A stretch of 49,692 bases of DNA, from positions 1 through 49,692 of the forward strand of contig MRSU01007394.1 in assembly GCA_008369845.1 (NCBI GenBank), in the 5' to 3' direction. This DNA is from Trichomonas gallinae. Lineage: Eukaryota. The first letter of the stretch is position 1. The number at the start of each line of letters is the position of its first letter. The position numbers were made by a program, and so were the translations under genes. Below are positions 10,527 through 21,306 of this stretch, piece by piece. Under the pieces are notes generated by a model. The model saw only the letters and a program-made list of their open reading frames with translations, searched no databases and was not told the DNA's origin.

Positions 10527-13500
10527 ATGATTAATCCAGGAGAAAGATTCGATGCTTTCTCATGCAATCGTCTAAACAAGAGAGACAGCGGCACTGGATA
10601 TCAATTATCATCAAATTACATAATTGGTCCTAAAACTCATGCATTATTTACATTTTTCCACCTATTAAATCGAACAGTGACGAGTATTCCATGGATTTTC
10701 TACTTGTCGATATTTTTAGCGACAATACAACTGATTGCTTGCGAACTTGAGCCTTGGAATTATGGAATTTGGCAAGGAAAGTATCCAGAATTAGAAATAT
10801 TTCTCAAAATATGTACTATAATCGTGCGATATGTACCACATAATACAAGTCCAACTGCAGAATACATCGTATTTGCAATTTCTGCTGTATTAACAGTCAG
10901 CCATTTGCTTTTATTCACTATAATCATCATGAGATTGAAATCTCAGAAAAATGCAAACAGATACATCAGCGTTTTCTTCTTTTACAGTTTCCTTGTTTAT
11001 CCGATATTTCGATCTTCATTTCTTTGTGTTTCTACACGATACATGAGGTCAATAGTTGAAAGTCCATCTGTTGGAACTTTCTTCCTCTCAGCTCTTGCTT
11101 TATCTATCGTTATAATACAATTTATCATGGCAATAATTGTTGCAGTAGCTTGTGGATCATCACCAGCGCCAAATATAATGAATCCTATGTCGGTGTGGGC
11201 ACCGAATTCATGGGATAGCGGTGTTTATTTTTTTATGTTAAATCTCTGTTTCGTCGTTGTTGAGCTTGAATGCAATGCCAAAGGACTCGTTATTAGTATT
11301 CTATTATGTGTGCGCTGTGCTAGCTTTCTTTTGACAGCATCTTTCCATGCATTTAATATTTATTATGTTTCTTTCACCGCATATCAATTTATCACAGCCA
11401 TTTACATGTCGTTCAACATGTTCGAAGTAATTACAATCACATTATCGTTCAAACCTGGAATTATTCCATATTGGGTAATTATTTTATATTTCGTTCTTCT
11501 TCCTATAGTTTTCTTCATCATTCTCAAGGTATATACGCACGTTAAAATCAATAAACTCATGAAAAAGCTGAAACAAGCACCAAAAACAGAAATGTCGTCA
11601 GGAAAAAGTCGCGCAGCAGAAGAAGTCGCGTTACTCGAAGCCTACAGCGATTTAAACCTCGGAAAGTCAGACGAAGCGTTGTTCGCGGTCAGGGCTTCAT
11701 GTGTTCTCGGCTTGGACTGCTTCGCCGATGGATCGCTTTTGAAATACGTTCTCCATACATATGATGACTTGTTCTTTCAGATGCTTTACATGTCATTTTT
11801 AATTCCAGACAACTTGAATTTCCTTAAGCAGCTCATTGACTCTTTTCTTGCAAGGAGGACCCCTAAGTTCCTGGAGGCAGCAATTATATTCCAATTGGTG
11901 ACTTCTATACAAGAATCTTCAAATGAATTATGTTCATCGATATCACACGAGATTTCCAAACATACATTGGCAGGATTCAAGTGCGAACAGATTTTGACCA
12001 AATTCTGGGCTGGTTGCTATAAAGGAGATATTTCGCAAATGAGTCGCTCAACGTTTACACTATATCAGAACCTGTATGAATTATCTGAATCATGGAGGCA
12101 ATTAGTAATAAGGTATCCATATTCATTGCCGACGCTGAAAGAATATATTAAATTTTTAAATGGCGTCGGAAGACAGCATAGAGTTGCAGAATCGATATTA
12201 AAAGTACATCCTAAACTCTCCGATAATGTTAGCAGCACAAGTCCTAATAATATGAATGATGTTGAGGTGAATATATCTATTTTGCATCAGAGTATAGAGG
12301 ATGCCGTTGATAGGAGGCCACTGTCTTCGTTATATCATGCAAAAATCAGATTACTCATTGCTGTTATATTAACATTTTTATTCATCATAGCTGCTATTGT
12401 TTTGGCGTTTGTTTTCATCAAGATTAGCAAAAATATGGGGAGTTATTTGTACTATTCAGACACAGCATGCACTTTAGTTGTTCATTCACCAAATCTTTAT
12501 GAAAAAATCGTAATGAATGAGACAGATGCGCGTGATCAGTTCTTTAATCACTCGAAAGTACTTGATACATCAATAACAAACCTACTTCTCGTTATGCCCG
12601 AAAAAATCCTTAGAAATTCTTCAAATCTTTCACTGCCTTTATATGTAAGAGTCAACGAATATAACACTTCTGAGAGTGTTGGCATAGTCAAATTCATGCG
12701 TTTGTATTCATATTTCTGCAGATCTGTTCCATTTGTTCCAATTAACGACACACTTGTCCAATTGATGAAGAAGAACACTTATGGTGTAGGATATTCCGTA
12801 TTTCTTGCATCAGATGCTGAATTATATCAGATTATTAACTTGATAACGCAATTACAAAAATATATACCGATATACTATGGTGTGACATGGGGTATTATGA
12901 TAATTATCATGGTACCATTAATATACAATGCTCTTCAGAACGTTAAAACAGAGTTGAAATATATATTCAATTTATATCTCACAATTCCACGCTCAGTCAT
13001 AACAGAATTCATGGAACCTGATAACAAGCAAGATGGACCACACAGAATCACTTCCCAACAATACCTTAACCAAAATATTAATAATGGAGAAGATTCAAAG
13101 GAGAACCAGGGAATGTTTATGAAGGATTACAGAGCTGTTGATAATCTCAAGCTACTTGTTCACGATAAATCAGCGACATCATCAGTTATTCCTAAGAATT
13201 TCCAATTAAAAATCTGGTTTATCCTCGGATCGATTTCATTCCTCCTTCTTATTGCTTCCACGATCGAAGTCATCTTGTTCACACGTTTTGTTGGCGAAAT
13301 GATGCTTGAATTCCGCACATTGCAGATGACAGCGAGAAGAACAATCGGTTGTGCCATTGCATTACAGGGTATTCTTTCTAATTGGACAACATACAGTTAC
13401 GCTTACGGCTTGATTCGCCTAAATATGGCCAAAGATTTCAATAATCAACTTTTAATCGCGATGGAAAACGGAAATATATCTCAAAAGCTGCTCACATCGC

Positions 13501-14978
13501 CGGGCTACTATAATATAGTCCATAACCACCCGTGTACAGATGATGAAGACATTGGATGTTGGCCTTTGGACCACATTTTTGATTATTTCATGATTTTGGC
13601 GACAAAAGCTTATAACAGCTCGATTTCGGATGAAGAGCTTAATGATATGACTGAGTTATACAATGACTATTTGTATCCAATGAGTTTTAAGCTTCACGAA
13701 ACTGCATATAAATTTATCTCAGACCAATTCAAGGAAATGCAAATAACATTACTTCTTATATTCTTCTTGATCGTTGGCTTCGTCACATTTACGGGTTTCA
13801 TCTTCTTAAAACCAATAATTAGACAGCTCGATTCTGCAATCGAAGCAGTTAAGCTTCCTTTGAAATATATTCCACCTATAAAGGTCCCAGATCTCCCTAA
13901 AATCATGCAATACCTTCAAGGCGAAGCCGACTGGCATCACGATAAACAAGGCAGCGAAACAACCGAATCTAGGTTCGGTAATTATTTGAGTATATTGGAA
14001 TACCCGCATGCAATATTCGAGGCGGATAAATCTCTACTGTTCGCCAACCCTACATTTTATAACCTTATTGGCGCGCCGCGAGAAGCCTGTATCGGACTAA
14101 CGGCGGAAGCGATTTTCTCCAGGCTTATTAATTTCGCCGCTGACCCTAAGCACCCCTTCAACCAGGTCATTGAGTACATGAACGACACTGAGCAACACAC
14201 ATGCCTCAAACTCACGACGCAATTTGAAAGAGGCGCCCATAAATCCAAGAACGTCGAGCTCCACCTTTCAAAAGTAGAATCAGAGGACTCGAAGTTTGTC
14301 TTCGTGATGTCTTTCGACGACTTAACAGAACACGATCATTACGAAGAGATGACGAGATATCAGCGTCAGCTGGCAGAAAACGTCAAACACTCAGCCATCC
14401 CGCTGCAACTGTATAACGCGTTAAGTGTAGATGGAGTCCTCAAAGAGAGAAGGTTCGAGCGTGCACCAATGGTTTCTTTCTCTATAAGCTATGCCACTCT
14501 TAGAGATGAATATGATGGTGAACTCGCTGACGGTTGTTCTTTGTTCTTGAAGTCATCTAAAGAAGTTTCAGGAGTTTTCCCGAATATTGCTAAACTGATC
14601 CATGAGCCACCAAGCTTCGTGTTCCTGTATATACCTGATGAATCAGAGTCAATAGATGTGTCTGCAATTCAAATGGTTCACTTCATTAACGCCGTTATCA
14701 ACTCTTTCCACTCCAGCACTCAGATGTTCAAGATTTCCTGCATGATGCTTGTAGGGGAGATCATTGTCATTCCGATGAAAACTAAGCTGCCCGTCATGGA
14801 AGCTTTCGGAGCCGGCTACAAGGTTTTAATTCAGACGAGGATGAAAATCAAATCAAGCGGAAAGTTTTATGTCACAAAGGATACTGCTGCTCTCTTGACA
14901 GATCAACACTCAGTAACGCTCAATGATGATAAGGAAAACGGTTTAGTGGTTGTCACACAAAAGCATGTCGATGATTAA
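10527..14978 (+). CDS. Multi-pass membrane protein with TmcB/C-like helical region, PAS domain and degenerate nucleotide cyclase domain (transmembrane cyclase superfamily)
   Basis: About 7-8 N-terminal TM helices and further paired TM segments. PAS-like YPHAIFEADKSLLFANPTFYNLIG...CIGLTAEAIF. A signalling-helix-like segment (QLAENVKHSAIPLQL) precedes a cyclase-sized C-terminal domain. Confidence 0.75.
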   Translation: MINPGERFDAFSCNRLNKRDSGTGYQLSSNYIIGPKTHALFTFFHLLNRTVTSIPWIFYLSIFLATIQLIACELEPWNYGIWQGKYPELEIFLKICTIIVRYVPHNTSPTAEYIVFAISAVLTVSHLLLFTIIIMRLKSQKNANRYISVFFFYSFLVYPIFRSSFLCVSTRYMRSIVESPSVGTFFLSALALSIVIIQFIMAIIVAVACGSSPAPNIMNPMSVWAPNSWDSGVYFFMLNLCFVVVELECNAKGLVISILLCVRCASFLLTASFHAFNIYYVSFTAYQFITAIYMSFNMFEVITITLSFKPGIIPYWVIILYFVLLPIVFFIILKVYTHVKINKLMKKLKQAPKTEMSSGKSRAAEEVALLEAYSDLNLGKSDEALFAVRASCVLGLDCFADGSLLKYVLHTYDDLFFQMLYMSFLIPDNLNFLKQLIDSFLARRTPKFLEAAIIFQLVTSIQESSNELCSSISHEISKHTLAGFKCEQILTKFWAGCYKGDISQMSRSTFTLYQNLYELSESWRQLVIRYPYSLPTLKEYIKFLNGVGRQHRVAESILKVHPKLSDNVSSTSPNNMNDVEVNISILHQSIEDAVDRRPLSSLYHAKIRLLIAVILTFLFIIAAIVLAFVFIKISKNMGSYLYYSDTACTLVVHSPNLYEKIVMNETDARDQFFNHSKVLDTSITNLLLVMPEKILRNSSNLSLPLYVRVNEYNTSESVGIVKFMRLYSYFCRSVPFVPINDTLVQLMKKNTYGVGYSVFLASDAELYQIINLITQLQKYIPIYYGVTWGIMIIIMVPLIYNALQNVKTELKYIFNLYLTIPRSVITEFMEPDNKQDGPHRITSQQYLNQNINNGEDSKENQGMFMKDYRAVDNLKLLVHDKSATSSVIPKNFQLKIWFILGSISFLLLIASTIEVILFTRFVGEMMLEFRTLQMTARRTIGCAIALQGILSNWTTYSYAYGLIRLNMAKDFNNQLLIAMENGNISQKLLTSPGYYNIVHNHPCTDDEDIGCWPLDHIFDYFMILATKAYNSSISDEELNDMTELYNDYLYPMSFKLHETAYKFISDQFKEMQITLLLIFFLIVGFVTFTGFIFLKPIIRQLDSAIEAVKLPLKYIPPIKVPDLPKIMQYLQGEADWHHDKQGSETTESRFGNYLSILEYPHAIFEADKSLLFANPTFYNLIGAPREACIGLTAEAIFSRLINFAADPKHPFNQVIEYMNDTEQHTCLKLTTQFERGAHKSKNVELHLSKVESEDSKFVFVMSFDDLTEHDHYEEMTRYQRQLAENVKHSAIPLQLYNALSVDGVLKERRFERAPMVSFSISYATLRDEYDGELADGCSLFLKSSKEVSGVFPNIAKLIHEPPSFVFLYIPDESESIDVSAIQMVHFINAVINSFHSSTQMFKISCMMLVGEIIVIPMKTKLPVMEAFGAGYKVLIQTRMKIKSSGKFYVTKDTAALLTDQHSVTLNDDKENGLVVVTQKHVDD

Positions 14979-15529
14979 TTGTGATTTATATAATAATCTT
15001 ATAATTAGCTTTGATAATCCAAATTATACCACAAAATTCGTTTTTTTCTATATATGTTTATATAATGGAGAAGAGAATTCTCGATTAGTTTTTATATTTT
15101 ATTATTATGTAATAAATTGTAAGTTTTATTTTTGCATACAACTTATTTTTCGAAATATTTTGTACATTTTCTTTGTCTTATAAGGCAAATCGATCGATAA
15201 ATTTATGAACGAAAATCAAATAAGAGAAACTCGAAAAGACTTTAAAAATATATTAACTGGTCAATATCTCGTTCATTTTGTCGATTACAACAAATGCCTT
15301 TGGACAACAATAAATTATCGATAAAGCAATTTAAGGAGGATAAGGCATCCAAAACAGGTTCATTTAATAGCTAAGGAATATTATTTTGCAATGATAAGGA
15401 TAGTATGGCTATAAGTCACACTTCTGACAAGATCATTAGAGAAAAAGCAGCAACAGTTAATCGTAATTACATAGATAATTTACAAAATAAGATAGATCAA
15501 ATTTTATATTACAGATACCGCTCAGGAGC

Positions 15530-15946
15530 TCAGTTTAAGAGCATTCTGATATCTGTAATATCAATCTCGTAAGGCTTCTGGTGGACCTCGTAGTACTTTG
15601 GCTGGGCAACTCTGACTGGAGCTGGCTCCTGGCTGCCTGGAAGGTAGTGCTGGATAAGCTCCCAGTTCTCGGTGAACCAGCAGAAGAGTGCTTGTCTGTT
15701 CCTTATTGCCAGCCTGTCTAAAGGGATGTTGAGGTACTCAGAGAGTCTATTGGCATGCTTGAGGAGTGCGTAAGCTGTAACATTCTGGCCGAAAATGTTA
15801 ACAATGGAGTGAGCGACGAACTGTAATTTCGCGCCAGCGTTCTCGATTCTCCTCATGACTTTCTCATTGTCACGGATGGACTGGGCTGTAGTCCTCTTGC
15901 TCTCCTTGATGAGTCTTGGTGTGAGGATGCTTCTCTGGAAGTTCAT
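15530..15946 (-). CDS. Small conserved hypothetical protein (paralog of 40049-40486); putative transcription regulator
   Basis: 138-aa ORF, GC-richer than its flanks. Shares LDRLAxRNRxALxCWxxENWxxI and a terminal hydrophobic-LLN motif with the 40049-40486 ORF. Confidence 0.8.
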   Translation of the reverse strand: MNFQRSILTPRLIKESKRTTAQSIRDNEKVMRRIENAGAKLQFVAHSIVNIFGQNVTAYALLKHANRLSEYLNIPLDRLAIRNRQALFCWFTENWELIQHYLPGSQEPAPVRVAQPKYYEVHQKPYEIDITDIRMLLN

Positions 15947-18397
15947 GAACTAAAAATGAATATTTAAAAAACAGATTGAAAAATTGAATTTTCAGAGATT
16001 GATTTTTTTCAACGTTATTCACAAAAAAAGTAGCCGTCAAAAAATTCTTTAAGATATAGGTCCATTGACCTCCATTATAGAGAATTTTAACATAAAAAAC
16101 AAAAACTAAAACACAATTAAATAATCTGAATAAAATTGTCAAAATATATTGGTAATCACAGACAACTGTTTTAAAGCAAAATTAGAGAACTATCATTTTC
16201 AATGACCTATTCAAAACGAGTTTTTTGATTATTTTTAGTGATTATCATAGCTTATATATCAAAGAACATTTGTCTTTGATACGAAATTTATAGCATTGAG
16301 AACTGAATTCAAAAATTGGGAGTGTTATTGCTTCTAGAATAAAAAAGATCTTTGTATTGTATTGGTCCCGCTTGTTATTTTACCAAAATATTTGGGGCTT
16401 GAATTTTGTAAATAAAATATTTGAATACATAAATCAATAAATCGTAAATACATTGAGATACAAAGCTCCATCATTATTTCTCGATGCAGTTTTCTCATTT
16501 AAATTTCTGCATTTCAGTACATTTAAATAACAAAAATCATAAAATCATGCACAAGACCATCTAAATACCAATAAACTTCGATGAGTTTGTACTGCTACTT
16601 AATTTGAGAAACGATATCATATGAGCACGTTTTTTCATTGAAAAGAATTCAGTGAGTTAAACAAGTTGCTCCAATAGATTAACACACTGACTCAAAGGTT
16701 CCGATGATCTAAATTTCGTGGGAATTTCACTTTTCAATAGGATTTGAAAAATCGACCAATTTACTCTTGCATCGGGTTCTACAGCCATAACAATATTTCG
16801 ATTACGAATGTTTTGTATTCAAAAACATTTATTCAAGTACTCAAAACTCGTTTTTTGAGAATAATAATCATATGTTGCATCACTCTTCGATAAGTCGAAT
16901 GATCAATTAGCAGCCATATTGATCCTCCTTCAAACTAAAACGAAGAATCTCAACGTTTTAAAACGGTTTACCCGAATTTTTGATATATTTAAATCACAAA
17001 GGTATACTGAGAATGACCAATGTTTTATTTTTTCAATGCTTCGATTGAAAATAGGTTTTTTCCTTCAAAAAAATTACCAGAAATAATTTTATAGACTATT
17101 TGAGTGGAAAATACTCGATGTTACCAATCTTAGGACTGATCTCACGATACAATAGCTCGTTTTTGATCAATTTTTCAATCCCATAAATTTTTTTACTGGA
17201 CAGCTGATAAAAATATTCATTAAATGTAGCGTTATAATATGTATAAAGTGATGTTCTCATTATAAAATTAGCTGAAATCGTATTTTGCAAAATGAGTGAT
17301 TCAAATTTTCACTTTACTAACGAAATTTATCTGCACATATACATTAATTACATCAGAATAGAGATTCTCAATGTTTGTTTTGAGTTAGAATGACCATTTA
17401 TGTTTTCATAACATCACATTCTGTCAATATAACTGATTTGATCAATTGTATCATATAAACATTATAATTATACATATCTCTAACATTAATTTGATAACAT
17501 GAGGTCAATAATCATAAAATTGAAACAGAATTTCCAAAATCAACATAATTTTATCATTTTATTTGTTAAATATACTATATTTGTTGATATTATGAATGAA
17601 TTTAATATTCATTTGATCAGATTCCTAAGTATTATGGATTTTTTTTTTTTTCATGTTTAGTATGATATTATATTTATCGAATTTTATCATGTGTGCTAGG
17701 TTTATTTTAGTATATCTAAATTGTGGTATTGATTCTACATAAAGAAACTGTTCATCGATGTTTGAATCAACAAATTTAATCCGTAGGCGTGGATTGGATT
17801 GAATTCGTATTATATTTGTATTATTTATTTTATTATACAGCTACTTTCATGTTTTACTAAGGATAAAACCGATAAAATTGTAAATATTGCCATCCGTTGA
17901 CGGACAAATATATGATTATTATTCAACTCCCGATGCTTTTAGGTGGAAATCAAGCCAAATATGTATCGATTGTATTCGCATCTAATTTAACCCATTTTAA
18001 CCCGGAATGATTTCAATTGTCCATAACACTAATTGATCTTAATGTTATAATGGTACCAATAAGTATTTAAAGAGAATTAATATTTAATTATTTGGTTTAT
18101 CATGTTCAATACTGATAAAATCACATGGATTTCACAGTTATGATTCAAACTTAAAAGTCAGCAATTTTCATTTTATAATTTGACATAATATCTGTAAAAT
18201 TGAATAATTTTTGCTGCTTATAGCCTGTTCTCCCTCAAAAAAATTATTGAAAATAAAAATTAATTGGAAAATGATGAGATTTCTCCGATGATTAGATCCT
18301 ATTGATTGACAAGATGATGATTTTAATAATGATATTTGCTGAATTTGGATAAGTCATGTAATTTTGGAAATTTGCATTAATAAGGTTAAAATAACAA

Positions 18398-18405
18398 AAA
18401 GTGAC
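18398..18405 (+). promoter_or_regulatory. AAAGTGAC (M2-type) core promoter motif upstream of the RRM gene
   Basis: Exact AAAGTGAC 8 nt before ATG 18414. The same octamer lies before ATG 23237 (23218-23225) and ATG 32845 (32817-32824), and in reverse orientation before 28091 and 48121. Confidence 0.65.
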
Positions 18406-18413
18406 AATAAAAA

Positions 18414-18764
18414 ATGAGTGTTTGGATAAATGTTACAAACATTGATTTCTCATGTAAATTTGATCAGGCGAGTTACTTCTTCAATCTACTTGTTAAACCT
18501 ACATCTATAAAATGGCCCACTCCTGATAAAGAACAATCCGAAGGATTTTTATTCCTTGCATTTGCTAATCATAAAGTAGCTAGAAGTGCTTGTAGCACTA
18601 TTTGCAATACAGAATTTCTAGGAAGAAAACTATCAGCTGTTATTTTATCTGGAGAACCAAATGTTACTGCAGAAAATATTAAATCATTCGTTGGCACAGA
18701 CTATGATCCAATATACCCGATAGAAAAAGAGTTTCCTCCAGGAGATACTTTTATTATCATTTAA
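18414..18764 (+). CDS. Single RRM-domain protein
   Basis: RNP2-like INVTNI, RNP1-like EGFLFLAF, and C-terminal EFLGRKLSAV strand. Confidence 0.75.
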   Translation: MSVWINVTNIDFSCKFDQASYFFNLLVKPTSIKWPTPDKEQSEGFLFLAFANHKVARSACSTICNTEFLGRKLSAVILSGEPNVTAENIKSFVGTDYDPIYPIEKEFPPGDTFIII

Positions 18765-19164
18765 AATACAAAAAACAATAAATCAAAAAAATAATTCAAT
18801 TTACTAACCAAAAATAGCGAGAATTTTATCATTTATACGATTCATTTTCCTATACTTTAAAATTAAGCCTGCATCAGCATCAAAATATTAAATCAATATT
18901 AAAATTGTTCGACTCGATCAATTGGATGGAAATATAATGTTGCCCAACAAGCTCAGTTTAACTAATAATTATCTATTTGGAATTAATAATTCCTTAGATA
19001 TTTTTTGATAAAAAAAAACTCGTACTAGATCTAATTATATATATCTGGTTGAAGACTACGTATAAACTTTAAGCTTTATGGCTCTGTAAGATGACTTTGA
19101 CTGTAAAAATAATATCGTTTCAAAAAACAATTAAAAATATTATGTATAAAACACAACATAGTAT

Positions 19165-19689
19165 TTAGAATTCGAAAAAATCGTTAAAAACATCTGTAGG
19201 TATAGAGTTAAATTCATCTAAATAACTAAAATCAGATGAATCAAAACTATCGTATGTCATTAAGCACTCTGGCGTTTGTTGTAACACCTGTTCTGTCTTG
19301 TTGACAATCGATATTGATGAAATGGATGCATTTTTGATTTTATTTTCCCTTTTGATTTTTCGTAGAAGGACGTGGCATCTATTTTTCACAGATGTGTCAG
19401 TTCTATGTGGGAAAAATTTGGCAATGGCACTCCATTTGCTTCCTAATTCTTGATATTTTTGAATAATCAAGCTATCTTCTTCAGCCCTCCAGTCTTCATG
19501 CGAAATAGTAGGTGCAAGATATGTCTTATATCTCTCTCTGCATTGCCTTGTTGTCTTATTGCCCATACATAAGGAGACTTCGAACCATTTATCTGTACCA
19601 AGTTTCGAAACGTAATACAGAAGCTTTTTGTCGTCTTCTGGTGTAAACTTGTCTTTGGACTTAGTACACGTGGCTCGTGAGCTATTCAT
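19165..19689 (-). CDS. R2R3 Myb-like DNA-binding protein
   Basis: KFTPEDDKKL...KWFEVS...KTTRQCRERYKTYL and WRAEEDSLII...GSKWSAIAKFFPHRTDTSVKNR, with an acidic C-terminal tail. The first ATG is at 19689; the ORF-track start is TTG. Confidence 0.93.
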   Translation of the reverse strand: MNSSRATCTKSKDKFTPEDDKKLLYYVSKLGTDKWFEVSLCMGNKTTRQCRERYKTYLAPTISHEDWRAEEDSLIIQKYQELGSKWSAIAKFFPHRTDTSVKNRCHVLLRKIKRENKIKNASISSISIVNKTEQVLQQTPECLMTYDSFDSSDFSYLDEFNSIPTDVFNDFFEF

Positions 19690-20868
19690 CAGTTTGATTT
19701 TTCTCAAATACTTTTAATTTTACAAATTTAGCGAAACCTCTCAATTTTGTGAGGTACAAAAAGTGAGCATGTATGAGAAAAAAATATTATAGAATAAAAT
19801 TGAATAAGCCATAAACCGCTTAACACTTTGAAAGAACTCTTGAATTATTTTTTCATTGAGGATCCAACAAAAAATTACTTTATGACATTTGCAAGTTGAA
19901 ATCTGTGTTAGTTTCCGCGCGTGTTAAACTGTTGTAGAGATTTCGGTAAGTTTAGACAGTGGTCGGGCAAAATGGGCTGCATCAATTAATCATTTATTTT
20001 AATAGCCCTGTTAGAATAATAATTGTTCTTTAAATAAAACGATTTTTTCTTTGAGCCATGCAAAAAAAATGTAAAGTGTCAATAAATTTTGTAAGGTAAA
20101 ATTATCGAATCGAATTTCAGCTAAGGCAGAAGGTTGATTTTGGCAGCTAAAAATTTTAACATGCAAATTATAACAGTGTCAAGAAGCATATATTCTCATT
20201 TTCCATAGTTAGCTAGATTTATTTTTAGAAAAACATGCGTTTGAACCACAATTTGAGTACATCCACTGATGCCTTGCAATGCAAGCATCTATGTTTGTGC
20301 TCGAATTGTAGCCAATACTTACTTTCAATATTATTTTGTTGACATCAAAACATATTTGCTCATATCGCAGGGTTCGTTCTCATCATATTTCAAACACATA
20401 TCTATGCAATCATATATGATACCCTATTATTATGGATTGAATATTTTTCTCTGAACATAACATATTCTCAAAATATGAATCTCAAAGGAATAATAAAATA
20501 AACAATGGAGGCTAAAAGCCTAATAAACGATCACTCCACTGACAATATTTCCAAAATAAATCAATATCATTAAAAATATCTCAAGTAATGTGTAATATGT
20601 ATAACTCAAAACATATTGGTAAATATGTCTGTTAGATTCTCACAAAATATTAGGATCAAATATGGAATATATATGCCAAACACACAATCGCAGTATTCAG
20701 TGGATGATATGTTGAAGGCTTTGAGGTTGCCAGTCCCAAAGGTACTTCAGTATATGTCAAAAAAGTATCGGACCATTGGTTATCGTTAACAACGTAAATC
20801 ACATAACAGATGGCCGACTCGTAAGGTAGAACTTGGATTAATAAAATCATCCAATTTACATTACAGTT

Positions 20869-21261
20869 TTAGAAGAACATGCCAAGGATCTTGCCACCAG
20901 CGTTCTTCTTACGAGCCTCTTCATGGTCTAAGATTCCCTTATCTGTCGAGAGAACGACATAGCCGAACTGGCGGGATGGGAGGAGCTTCGCCTGCCACAT
21001 TTCGAGGTCACCAAGACCAACATCGAAACGTGGGCAGATAGCGACGCACTTGTTAAGGCGACCAAGAAGATTGATAACAATCTTTCCGGAGCGGTGATCA
21101 TCGATGACCTCGAAGTCACCGATGTAGTTACGAGCCATCATAACTTTAAGGAAAGCGATGATGACCTTGGAGGATGGGCGGATCATGACCTGGCGCATAC
21201 CACGGCGCTCAGCGTTTGTGATAGCCTTGAGTGCGTCAGCGAGAACAGATGTACGAACCAT
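20869..21261 (-). CDS. RPS15A: 40S ribosomal protein S15a (uS8)
   Basis: [21 protein letters not shown]...[20 protein letters not shown]...LLPSRQFG...[19 protein letters not shown]; 130 aa from ATG 21261; strongly biased codon usage. Confidence 0.97.
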   Translation of the reverse strand: MVRTSVLADALKAITNAERRGMRQVMIRPSSKVIIAFLKVMMARNYIGDFEVIDDHRSGKIVINLLGRLNKCVAICPRFDVGLGDLEMWQAKLLPSRQFGYVVLSTDKGILDHEEARKKNAGGKILGMFF

Positions 21262-21271
21262 ACTAAAAGAA

Positions 21272-21306
21272 AAAGGTTGGGCCAACAACCGCCAAGAATA
21301 ACCGTT
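21272..21306 (-). promoter_or_regulatory. M5 (CCTTT) plus M3 (AACGGTTA) core promoter elements of RPS15A
   Basis: On the minus strand, CCTTT at 21276-21272 sits 10 nt before the ATG and AACGGTTA is at 21306-21299. These match the known trichomonad M5 and M3 consensus motifs. Confidence 0.7.

Noticed and set aside
15950..18400. Long intergenic region examined for tRNA, rRNA, snRNA and transposon ends
   Set aside because: No T-loop/cloverleaf, terminal inverted repeat or convincing ORF seen; the 64-aa ORF at 17096-17290 has no support.
19899..19915. Minus-strand ACTAACACAG upstream of the Myb gene, resembling the trichomonad branch/3' splice motif
   Set aside because: Two nt short of the ACTAACACACAG consensus, and I found no matching 5' splice site nearby.
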